From: Ophelia neglecta
Taxonomy: Eukaryota
Assembly (NCBI GenBank): GCA_965285935.1
Contig: OZ260663.1
Span: 90,954,001-91,018,000 of the forward strand
Reading direction: 5' to 3'
DNA length: 64,000 bases
A program made the translations under genes and the position numbers. This document shows, in pieces, positions 46,108-57,651 of the stretch. How positions within the stretch are numbered: position 1 is the stretch's first letter; each line of letters opens with the position of its first letter. A model generated the notes under the pieces. The model was not told the DNA's origin. It did no database searches and saw only the letters and a list, made by a program, of their open reading frames with translations.

Positions 46108-49100
46108 GTGAGCCAATTGCAGGGGAATGTTGAGGCAGGCTCGGTTGTTTTAGAAAACTGGTGTAGTTCCGCGGTTGGCCAGTGCCCTCACGATGAAATA
46201 TTATTAGGTGGTGTTTTAACAAAGTGCCTGTTGGACACAGGGGCCCAAGTGTCCCTAATCAAGAATTCCTTCTTTATTGACAACTTTGAGAGCAAAATTG
46301 ACAGTGTTCAAACCGATATTACTAATTATAGGCTTTCAGCAGCAAATGGCATTAGCATTCCTTATTTTGGTATTGTCTGTCTTGATCTGGAAATTGGTGA
46401 CCAAATATTTAAAGATCAAGTATTTTTTCTTGAAAATGCCAATGACTCTAGTAATAACGGCGCTGGTGTTACCATTGGTTGCAACATTTTTAGGAACATT
46501 GGTTCTTTTGGCAGTGCTGTTGCAAATAAACTGCCACCAGCATGGAAAAGTTTGGTATCTCTGTATGTAGACTCTGATTCTCAGTCCAAAGCATCACTGA
46601 TCCGAATTGGTGGCCAGCCAGAACTTGTACCAGCTAGGTCTGTTAAGATAATCCGTGGGCGATAATCTTTTTCGACAGGTAAAACGGTCCGTGGCTTAGT
46701 GCAGGCAGTTAGTGGTAACTCTGGTTCACTACCGAGAAACCTGATGATTGTTGATACGTACACTGAGATCAGTAACAGAAATGTTAATGTTAAATGTGTC
46801 AATCTAAGTGATAATGATGTTTGGCTACCAGCGAAATCCCTAGTGGGCGTATTGTATATAGATGCAAAGGCTGAGCAAACTCCAACACAGATTGATGTAG
46901 ATGTAGTGAATGGAAATATAGAGGTTTCTGTGCATAAAAATACGGTTGCTATTGAACAGTCAATTCCGCAGGTCCCGCAAATTACTAAGCTAGAGGATTG
47001 CCCTGATTGGCTAAGGGACGTTCAGTTTCCTGACGAATTTTCAGAATCTCAGAGACTGAGCGCTATGAACTTGCTTGGTGATAATTCTGACACTTTCTCC
47101 AATCAGAAGACACCAAATTGGGTTTTACAACCTCAGTTACACATAAGATACAATTAACAGATGAAAAACCGGTGAAGATTCCACACAGACGAATCCCACC
47201 GCACCTTATTCCAGAGGTCAAGGAGCACCTAGACAAACTCCTTCAACAGAACATAATAAGACACAGCACAAGCCCTTATGCTGCTCCTGTAGTTCTTGTT
47301 AGAAAAAAAGACAACAGTCTACGCCTATGCGTTGATTATAGACCGTTGAACAGTAAAACGGTAAAGGATGCTTATCCATTGCCAAGGATAGATGAGGTTC
47401 AACCTATTTTTCATCGTTGGACCTGAACCAAGGATACCAACAAGTTCCTATGGATGAAGGTGATATTGCTAAGACTGCGTTTAGAGTTGGAACGGGAGGA
47501 CTTTATGAATACTTACGGATGCCTTTCGGCCTTTGTAATAGCCCTGGTACATTTCAACGGTTGATGGAAATGTGCTTTCAACAACAAAATTTTGAAATCC
47601 TGAATTTGTTCTTGGATGATGTTCTGGTTTTCTCCAAACTTTTGAAGAGCATATCCAACGCCTACAAACAGTATTTTCCATACTGAGAAAACATAATTTG
47701 AAATTGAAGAAATGTAAATTTTTTCAAAGCGAGGTGAAATATTTAGGCCACATTGTAGGAAAAGACGGCATTAAAGCTGATTCAAGACGAAAGCTATTGA
47801 TGAATGGCCAGTTCCCAAGACAGAACCTGGAGTGACAAATAACGAATCATTTCTCACGAAATGGAATGATGAGTGTACCACTGCGTTTGCCACCCTCAAA
47901 GATAGATTGGTAAATTCGCCCATTTTAGGTTATCCAGACTTTGGTAGAGAGTTTGTACTCAAAACCGATGCCAGTTTTCAAGGTTTGGGTGCAGTCTTAA
48001 GTCAAGAGCAAGAGCACGGGAAGGTAGTCATAGCATATGCATCACGAAGTCTAAAACAGGCCGAAAATAAAGAAAAAAAATTCCGTTCAATGAAATTAGA
48101 TCTGTTAGCACTTAAATGGGCCATCACGGACAAATTCAAAGACTACCTCATTGGTTGTCCTGGTTTTGTAGTCTTTACAGATAACAACCCTCTGAGTTAT
48201 TTACACTCCGCCAAGTTAGGGGCAACAGAAACTAGATGGGCTGCTCAATTAGCACAGTATAATTTCACTGTGAAATAAAGGTCAGGCAAAAGCAACGCGA
48301 TGCTGATGCCTTGAGTAGGAGGTCAGAAATAGATCAACAACAGGTAGAAGATACGTTGCAAGACATCGGCGACACAACTGTCATTCCCCTCACTAGGACA
48401 TGTATATCTCAGGTCTCAATAAAACCAGAAATCCCCTCTGCTTGGTCCCAAGAATACACCCATGACCAACTAATGGATTCTCAAAATACTGACAGTGTTA
48501 TTGGTCGCTTTGTAAAAATCTTTGAAAACCCCAAACCCACTTAACGTCAAGTCTCAAAGGAAAACTGGGAAGTACGTAGACTCTGTAGTCAGTGGGAAAA
48601 ACTCAGGCTTAAAAATGGCCTCCTGTACAGAGTGGTGTTAATGAAGGTGTTGAGCTTTGACTGCTAGTAATCCCAGAAGCACTGAGAAACCATATATTAT
48701 AATTAGCTCATGATAACTGTGGCCATCAAGGCATTGAACGCACTTTCTCTCTTGTACGAAAAAAGTGTTATTGGGTAAAAATGCACAACGACGTGGAAAA
48801 GTGGTGCTCCAAATGTCGCCGATGCATGTTGGCTAAAAGCGCACCTGCAACCCCTTCTATTGATAACTTAATTGCTCAACAACCACTCGAAATTCTAGCG
48901 ATAGATTTTACTATCCTTGACCAATCATCCGACGGCACAGAGAACGTTTTGGTTATGACAGATATATTTACCAAATTCTCTAAAGCTGTGCCAACAAAGA
49001 ATCAGAAGGCAACTACTGTGGCTAAAATTCTCGTCAACGGATGGCTCGCCCACTACGGCTAACCTCGTAGGTTACACTCCGACCAGGGTAGAAACTTCGA

Positions 49101-50186
49101 AAGCCTAGTAATCCAAGAATTATGCAAGCTCTATGGTATTAAGAAAACCAGAACTACTGCATACCACCCAGAAGGAAATGGCCAATCAGAAAGATTTAAT
49201 AGAACCATGCACAACCTTTTGCGCACTATCCCTATTGATCAAAAGAGAAAATGGCCCACCTATCTACCTGAACTTACGTATGTCTACAATTGTACGCCCC
49301 ACAAAGCAACAGGCTTGTCCCCTTACTATCTAATGTTTGGAAGAGACCCTATTCTCCCCATTGACATGGCATTGGGTGTTCAAGAATGTACCGAAGTAAA
49401 CTATTCCATAGATGAATGGCTTGAAAAACATCATGAAAATTTACAATCTGCATATGAACATGCACTATCTAAAATTGAGCAAACAGCCACCAAGAGACGA
49501 ACCAAATACAATGAAAAGTCTCACGTTAACGATAAAACCATTCCGATAGGTGCAAAGGTTTTTCTTCGAAAAAGAATACTTGGGAGAAATAAAATACAAG
49601 ATATATGGGATGCTGAACCATATGTAGTTATTTCCAAACCGAGTAACAATGTCTATACGGTTAAGCCTGTGTCCGATTCGGGTGTGACCCGAAATATGTG
49701 TAGGTCAGAAATATTGGACTCTAGAGAATGTTTCCAGGATTCTAGTTCTAATACACAGTCTGACCAGGAAATGATCACAGAAGATAAATCGATCGACAGC
49801 ACTGATATTGATGAAAATACATCACTAAATAATGAAGATATTGGGGTCAAAATAACAATCCCTGGAAAAAATGTCCGCTTGGTTATGTGCCTGATAATGT
49901 TATGTACCCCAATGAAAACAACAAATTGAACCAAGAAAACAATGATGAAAATCGAAATAGTGAAATAAATTAGTTAGGTGATGGTGAATCCGATAATGAT
50001 AACGTTGAAAATCATTTAAATGAAATTAATGACTCGTTGATACCTAATCAACCGCCTGAACTACGTAGATCTCGGAGAGAGAATATTGGGAAACATCCAA
50101 ACCCCAACAATCTGCCCCGTTCCGTACTTAGTTCGAAGAGCATTGTTTGCACTGAAGATATTTCTAATCAGGAGGTTTTTGTGTAA
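46108..50186 (+). pseudogene. Gypsy pol, fragmented (copy 2)
   Basis: LLDTGAQVS, FLDD, TDAS and integrase core; C-terminal RRSRRENIGKHPNPNNLP, stop at 50184-50186. Confidence 0.92.
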
Positions 50187-50450
50187 CCTAAATTGAATAT
50201 CCTAAAATTTTCAATGTCCTACTTATTCCGTGTACTGTGTGATAGGCTATATTGTGTACTAAATACTGCACAAATTGATGCAGTGCAAGTGGAATATGTT
50301 TTGCTAGCTTATATTGAATTGCAGTGGAATTCCAGGCCGGCTGTATGATTCGGCTTAGTAATGTATTTAAATGCGCATTTGTAATTATGCTTTTATCATT
50401 ACAGAAATACCAAAAAAAAAAAATTATAATCATGAGATCATGATTTTTTT

Positions 50451-50460
50451 AGTGGGGAGG
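50451..50460 (+). promoter_or_regulatory. Polypurine tract of the Gypsy element
   Basis: T-run then agtggggagg, 2 nt before the 3' LTR. Confidence 0.85.
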
Positions 50461-50462
50461 TA

Positions 50463-50788
50463 TGTGGTAGTCTAGATTTCCGCCCTGTTTAGTTCTTGTA
50501 TTACCACCGCCAGCATTAACGCCAAAACTATTAGATATCCTCTTCTGATTGGTCCTACGTAGCCCACTGTTTTTGGCGGTAACTCATTAGAGGCATTCAG
50601 CCACTAGCTCCGCTAACCACAAGACGTTTCAGCTCTCTTGGACACAATCCAGTTCCTTACTGGATTTATTGTTATAACTATTGCACGTGTTAACTGCAGT
50701 GTACATTATGATGCTAGACGGAATAAAATTCCTATGAACCCAAATAACTATAAGCCTAGAGCATGAGTGTTCTTTTCTCTATACCACA
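50463..50788 (+). repeat. 3' LTR (326 bp)
   Basis: Preceded by the PPT; about 12 substitutions and 3 indels versus the 5' LTR by manual count. Confidence 0.95.
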
Positions 50789-53439
50789 GTCTTTTCCGTA
50801 ATTTGTCAAATTTTCCGTACGCATGTACTTGTAACCCCCTTGCCCACCCCCGTATCATGGTATACATGTACAATATTAGCGAGTTTTAATACCGCGACCG
50901 AGCAGTTTTTCGCCAATTTATCCCTCCCGAAAATCCTACAGCATTCCTATAGGCCCTATATAATATACTAAATGAAAATGGCTACAAAATAAAATAGTAT
51001 ATGAAGAGTCATTATTTGCAAAAGTGTGTCAAGTTTTAATCCCGCGCGTAGTCTACTAGTTGGTTTATGTGAACTGGTATTGCCAATCAATTTGTCTGCG
51101 TTCCTGTACTGTTACCAAAATTCCACTGCCCCCCAACCCACCCCCACCCCCATCAACATAGAGGGACACCCTTTTCAGAATGTATAACTATGAAACCTTC
51201 ATATTTCGCTGGCCCTTATTTCGTGAATTTTCGTGAATAGGATGAAACACTAGAATTAAATAGGTTTGCTAAAATTGGAAGCCTAGTGAGAACCTATTTT
51301 GAATGTCTCGAAAACTCGGAAAGGGAAGTGAAATAATGTGAAAATTAGACTAAAGGCAGAAAAATTAAAGGTTTGAAGATGCTTCATCAATTAATATAAC
51401 TCACGTGACACCGTTTACTATCAAATGACAAGCTGATATACAGACTAATCTAACGCTAAAAATGTTGGGGGTTTAAATTCCCGGCTTTTTGGCAAAATTA
51501 AAACGCGCGAATATTGAATTCACATGTATCTATAGGACCTACACATCTTTGAGCACAAAATTAAAAAATCGCAGCGTCTTATTTTGCGTAAACCCACGCA
51601 ATTATTTGCACTGTTACAGTATTTACAAAAAAACTATATTCATTCTGAAAACCTTGTATTTCATGTGCCTCTTATTTGTCAAATTTTGCGAGTAGGTCAA
51701 AATAACATTATAATGGGTTCCCACTGTTTTTGCTTTAGAGGTCCTTTAAAAAATACAGCTTTTAGATAGTCCCAGCCTTGTCTGATTTATATAACCATTC
51801 CCCAAATCGGCTGCTCTTAATGATTTTTATAGGAAAAGACCTCATGGTAGAAAATTAATAACTGGGTGAGTATTCTGCTCCCAGTACTGGCATAATTGCC
51901 CTTTTCTGCATGAGTTGTGTGTCCCCGTGTTGTAACCTAAGGTTTGTGTGTTTGGCTCGTTACAAATTTACAAGTTTAAACCTCCCAAGACCGGGAGGAG
52001 CCGTCATTCTCACCACTTACCATGATAAGGGGATCTCTTTATATTTCCTCCCAGCAGACCTGTAATCGCAATATTGTAAGCCCTTATATTTTGCTAGGCA
52101 AGCCCTGTTTTTTTGAATTCCGCAGGTAGGGTAAAAACCGCAAAATTTAAATATTAAGGCTTGTGAAAATTAAAGGCCAAGTAAGGACCAATTGTGGAAG
52201 CCTCCAAGATGCAAAATTAAAGGGCAGCAAAATGCTGTACACTGTTCGCATGGGTTTATTTCCGCGTTTTTTGCACGTTCTACCGTTGCAGAAATTTGTG
52301 TGCCAAAACATGACGGGCCGCAAAATTAGGGTTTTTCAGTAAACCATATGTAGGCTCACTTTTGGCACAGGCTAGGCCTAAGCATTGGCTACAAAGGGTC
52401 TATATAGCTGGACAGACATTCTCTTCTTTATTGGGTGCATGCTAGTACTTAGTCTGAAGTTATGGTAGAAATATAGCATTTTTAAAATTCGGGGCAGCTA
52501 CATGGTCGTTACACACCTAGGAAAACGGTAAAAAAGCATTATACCGATCTACCGGACAGTCGAAAAAGTAAATGAATTAAAATTTTACCCTCTTGCATGT
52601 AGTTAGTGTCTGCCCCAACTGATTAATGGTTGTAGCAAATAATGTTTGAAATAAAGTGTTTCACACTACTTCTTCAATTTGTTTACTCTTGTACAACATA
52701 CCGTCATTGTTCAAGCTCAAATGTTGACACATGATTTGATCTCTTGTTTTTACATGTAGACCACAGGTGAAAAATTAACTGGCACTAACAATTCATGTTC
52801 GCCTTCATCAGATTCAGCATCACCTGGGAATAATATAGGTTCTCTGTAAGTCTCTGGCCTCCTCAATAATTAAAAATAGTGAGCAATGTACAGTTTTTCA
52901 TGTTTCAAGTTTAATTCTTCAGATTTTTTTTAAATAAAGAAATGCCGTCAAAGCAATGTACAGTAATGTTAAAAATGTTCGCGAATTTCCCAAAAAACCA
53001 ATTGGTCGCGAAGTTGTAAGTTGTGAATCTTATATTTGAATGTAGTCACTTTCCTGCATATACTACAATATCGCCCATTTCTCCTGTTGTTGCGGCGGTC
53101 TTGGAAGCTGTGACGGCAAAGTGTAAAGGCCGCAGAGCTGTTCGTGGGGGTTCCAACCCCGCCCCCCCCCCCCCCCTCTCCCTGGGTTTCGGTGGCCGTA
53201 AAAAACATGACAAAAACCCGCGATAGCCTGAGATAAGGGGGTGAAAAATTCAATGCCTTTCCAGAGATAGGGGTCAGTTTTTAAGAGATGAACAAGCATG
53301 GGTACCCCATGAAATGGCGGAGTGGGGGGGGGGGGTCCGACATCCCCGACGCCGTGCTTAGTGGGCGCAACAGCGAAGCTAACCACCTGATTAAAGGATT
53401 AAAGCTCTGTTCTACATTTTGCAACATTCTAGAACCAGC

Positions 53440-55160
53440 GATGCCTGACATGATCCAAGCATACCTAGGTCAGCACCATGAGATTGCCGCCGTGGAAATC
53501 CGGACTAAGAGAAGCCGCACAACGCGTGGATCTGTGGATATGCCGCAGTGCTAATAGTAGGAGAACGACTGACCGAGACAATCCTGGCAGATGGGTTCTG
53601 GCCCCGAGGAACGTATGCCTGCCCATGGAAAGACTATTGTGGCTACCTATAAACGTTAGTGTCAATACAAATTCCTGAAAATGTCCATTCCAGTAACCAG
53701 CACACATCAAAGGGCAGCACACTTGACTTTAGCAACGATCAATTGCCAAGGCGCCATGAGAAATGCTCCGTCTCTACATCACTTACTCGAAACTTGTAAA
53801 ATAGTCATTACAGTAGTGCAGTAGTGCAAGAGCACTGGTTGTTCCCTCACAGCCTCAACTTCCTAGACAGTGTACATCCCCAATACAAGTCATATGGCGT
53901 AGTAGACGAGGGTTTAAACAGGAATAACCCATACAGAAAAGGGAAGGGGGATGTGGCTATAATGTGGAAAAAGAGTATGTCATGTGATGTGAAAAAGTTG
54001 CCTTATCGGAACGACCGTGTTGTGGGTATCCAGCTGCGGGTGGCTGAAAATACTTACCTCACAATCATCGGAGCATACATACCCTCATCGTATGCTCACC
54101 ATGAAACGTTTTTGAGAACCTGAGAGAGATGGAGTTCATGCCCTTACAGTACCTCCCACATAGAGATGTAATCATCATGGGGAACGTAAATGCTCAGGTC
54201 CACGGGGACTGGTGTACTGTGAGACCCCGTAATGTCAAAGACCCGGAGCTTGACAAATACGTGAAGGAGAATAACCTTATCTCCTTACCGACAGATAGAA
54301 GTTGCCCTAGGCCACATTACACATTCATTTAAGGAATAAAGGAAAGCCTCCGAAGTATAATTGACCAAATCCTAATCCACCAAAATAAACATGATGCAGT
54401 TTTGTGCTGGGAAGGGATCGACGAGGAATCAACAAACGTAAGTGACCATTACCCAGTTATGGCGCGAATTTCCTTGACACTATATGCTGTAAAATAACGC
54501 ATGAATATGCGACCGAAATATGTCGGAAATTGTGTCGGGTCTTAAAATTGTCAGCCGACAGAACTATACCGAAATCGCGCCCAAATGCCACATTAAAACC
54601 ATACTGGCGGGGTAGTGGGTTACCGGAACTGCATGACAAAATGAGAAGGGCAAAGCAAACATGGCACGCTGGGGGCAGACCCAGAGGTCCACAATGCAAT
54701 TCATACAGTGCATACAAAGAGGAATAGCGGAAATATAGATGGCTGAGGCGCAAGTGCGAGGCAGAGATGAAAGACAATTTTGAGAAAGAAATAGCAACGA
54801 CGGGTGAACGGACCAAAATAAATTATATTCATTACTAAAAACAGCCAAAGGCAAGCTGAGAAGATTTTTCTGAATTACGAACAGCGGACAAGGTGATAAG
54901 AGACAACGAGGAGATGAAAAGAGCTTGGCGGGAACATTTCGTAAAAGTGTACATGAATACTCCCAGTGTGGACAATGACTTAGACGCGGCCCATGAATTA
55001 AAGGTGTAAACAGAGTGCAATGAACTACAGCGTTGTCACAGAAGAGCAAGACCTAATTATGGGATAACCCCCAAGTGAAAGCGAGACGCGTCTTGCGATA
55101 GCGCAGTTAAAAGTGGTGAGGCGCCCGGCAATGATGAGTTACAGAATAAACATTTGAAAA
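53440..55160 (+). mobile_element. Degenerate non-LTR retrotransposon (CR1/L2-like): ORF1 remnant, APE endonuclease, start of RT
   Basis: LATINCQG (53723), QEHWL, KGDVAIMWK, IIGAYIPS, IIMGNVNA, YTF, IDQILI, SDHYPV, KPYW, then APGNDEL; multiple stops; RT core absent. Left boundary approximate. Confidence 0.85.
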
Positions 55161-55400
55161 CATCCTAGCGGTATTGAAGAAAACAAACTGGACGCATATG
55201 TGAACCACAAGTATATTTGTAGGACAACTTTGAATTTAAAGTTAAATTCTAAGAATAACATTATATTGTCAGTGGCGAAATAAATGTTCAAATATACTCC
55301 CCACAGACGGAGAACACATCCCTGTTGATAGAAATGATTTTTTAAATGCAACGTTTTGTGATATTGAAATTAATTATTTTGATTCCTTAATGAGCCATTC

Positions 55401-57651
55401 TCACGCTCTCGTCTGCGGTGTAGCGTCTAGAGCTCGCCTCATGCTATCGAGGGCGGTCCTGAACTCGGTGACGTTCACAGCCACATCTGCCCATTTCAAT
55501 GGGAAGTTAAATGACTTTAAAAGAAGGTTATGTTTATATGTCATCTCTAAAGTTGAGTTTGCATTTTGTTTTAATGCTTCTTCATACGATTTTCGGTTGA
55601 GGGTGGGAGTATTGTGTTCTACGACTATAGAAGGCCCATCTGCTCTTCTAGCATAGAATGATGGCCAATTGTCCCAAACTATTTCTACCATTGCTCGCCT
55701 GGACTTTGCATAAAAAAACCATTCAAGGCCGGCTCCCTGGACGCCCACCAGAATGTTTGTACAAGCAACCACCGACAACTGCCCTCTCAGACTAAGTTTC
55801 TCAAAGGTGTGAACTTTCGTGTGGATTAATCCCAACTCTTTCGCTGCTGTTACAAGCTGCTCAACATTTAGGATACGTCTGCGCATTCGTTGTATTATAG
55901 TCACTCGCATTTCTGGACATTTTCGTAAGTATTCAGGCGCAAGAATTTGTTGCTTCACATACAAGAGAGGTTCACCAGGTGGGTGGTTAACAGAGAACCC
56001 ACCAAAAACAGCTCGACTGAAGCATGAGTTTGTTGCAAGGTTCTGGTACCAGTCATGTTTGGGTAAAACCGACAAAGCAAAGAGGAAAGTCTCAAATCGT
56101 ACAATGTCATGTTCACTTGAAGCGCCGTGTCCCCATTCATCTTCTCGGTATAAGACCTGGTTTCCATTCGGAGCTCCTAGGCGTTTTGTGCCTTTCAGTA
56201 CACCATATAAACCTGAAAAATGCGAAGGGTTTGCGTAGAGAAATAAAAAACCTGACGTAACTATATAACCAAAGGCAGTCACTTTTTACAAACGTACATT
56301 TCAAGTTTAACTGAAGTAAATTCTTTTGAGTATCACTAGTTCTGTCTACTAACGAACAACGGCAAGGGGAGGCACAATCAGATAAACGGAGGGGGGGGGG
56401 GGGCAGAATGTGTTTGAAGAATAAGAAGTTTGTCGCCCTTACTTGGAAAGAAAACGTTTGTTTCCCAACTTCTGAAAAAGAAAGTTTGCTTTTTCCAAAT
56501 TAATTTTTTTTAAAGTACGTTTTTTTAAAACAAACCTAAACAAAGAAATTCCACGTTTCCGCTAAAATTTGAAGAAAAAGTTTTTTTTTGAAAAAGTGAC
56601 TTTCAGGCAACCCCCCCCCCCCCCCCGGTGTAGTGCCTTTGCGCCTTATGCAGGGTATAGATAGGACAAACAAATTCCTCCAAGAATTAAATACATGTAC
56701 AAAAGAATAATCCTTTCTCATCTGGTCAGATTTTCTGAATAGTCCTTTGTTTTATAAGGCTCGATCTGTATGCAAATAAAATGTAAATGAAAGTGGAAAC
56801 CTACCTTTGATTGCGTCGTACCAGAAATGAAACAAGTTCCCGTCTAAACCATGGGCTACAAAAAAGGTTGGTACTTTATTGTTAACACGGTGTGATTCTG
56901 GTATCTTATCCGTCCTGTATACAACATGCACTTCTTTGTTCCTGTCACTGTTTACTACCCATGTAGAGGGATTTATCCGCACCGGCAGTGTTTTATTTTC
57001 ATTGACTTTTGAATTATAAGCCACAAACCTCTTCACACATGAGCATAGCTTGTTGTTGCTGTTTTGACACTTGCATTCGTCTTCTATACATAAATCTGGT
57101 ATGATCTGCAACCCGTTGAATTTGATATTTCTAAATCTGTACTCCGGGACGCCCCTTCCGTTGTGGTTTCTTGTCCCTAGGTCGTCCTCAGTCCACACAA
57201 ATCTACCTCTACCGCCGGCAATCTCGTCTGACATACTTTGATTTCCTTGTTGTGTGGTTTTAACTTTGATCGCCCCTTCCTTGAATGTGGACACCTTAGT
57301 ATTGTTCTCGCTCCTCTCTATTATGTGTGCCTTCCCCGGTTGGCCTCTACCTGAAACGAAGAAAGAATTTGTAACATTCCGATAATTTGACCTAGTTCCA
57401 TCTGAGATATCGATGCCGAGTGGCCTAGAGTCTCTTTGATGTTTAGTCCGTACTGTTTCGGAGTAGAAGTTAGCATTGGGCACTTTCGGAAATACTGCCT
57501 TTTTTCCAGCAAAGATAACACCTTCATTGTTGGCTGGTTTTCTAAATCCAAAGGGGTCTATGCTCCTACCTACTGTAAAGATGAGAAATATTTGTAAGGC
57601 AAAATTAACTAGAATTGCGGCCACTACAGCCTTTATACACCTAGATTGCAT
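55401..57651 (-). CDS. Glycosyltransferase family 61 (DUF563; EOGT/POMGNT2-like) type II membrane protein; exons 56805-57651, 55401-56212
   Basis: N-terminal TM (AVVAAILVNFALQIFLIF), NLFHFWYD, RRRILNVEQL, FEKLSLRGQL...ILVGVQGAGL...VEI; phase-1 GT-AG intron 56213-56804. Confidence 0.85.

Larger units (their letters stand above)
42096..49990 (+). repeat. Tandem segmental duplication, copy 2 (~7.9 kb)
   Basis: Partner of 33486-41501; lacks ~124 bp (copy-1 39213-39336) in the RT/RNase H connection. Confidence 0.95.
44246..50788 (+). mobile_element. Ty3/Gypsy LTR retrotransposon, full-length but defective
   Basis: 5' LTR 44246-44579 and 3' LTR 50463-50788 (TGTGGTA...TACCACA); PBS at 44582; PPT 50451-50460; imperfect 4-bp TSD gtat/gtct; gag-pol remnants; no env. 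Confidence 0.96.

Noticed and set aside
50187-50450. env-like third ORF in the Gypsy element
   Set aside because: Only ~260 bp of AT-rich sequence before the PPT; no plus-strand ORF.
35634-50788. Two independent Gypsy insertions, or a tandem element sharing an LTR
   Set aside because: About 2.1 kb of host flank and the disabling mutations are shared, so this is segmental duplication.
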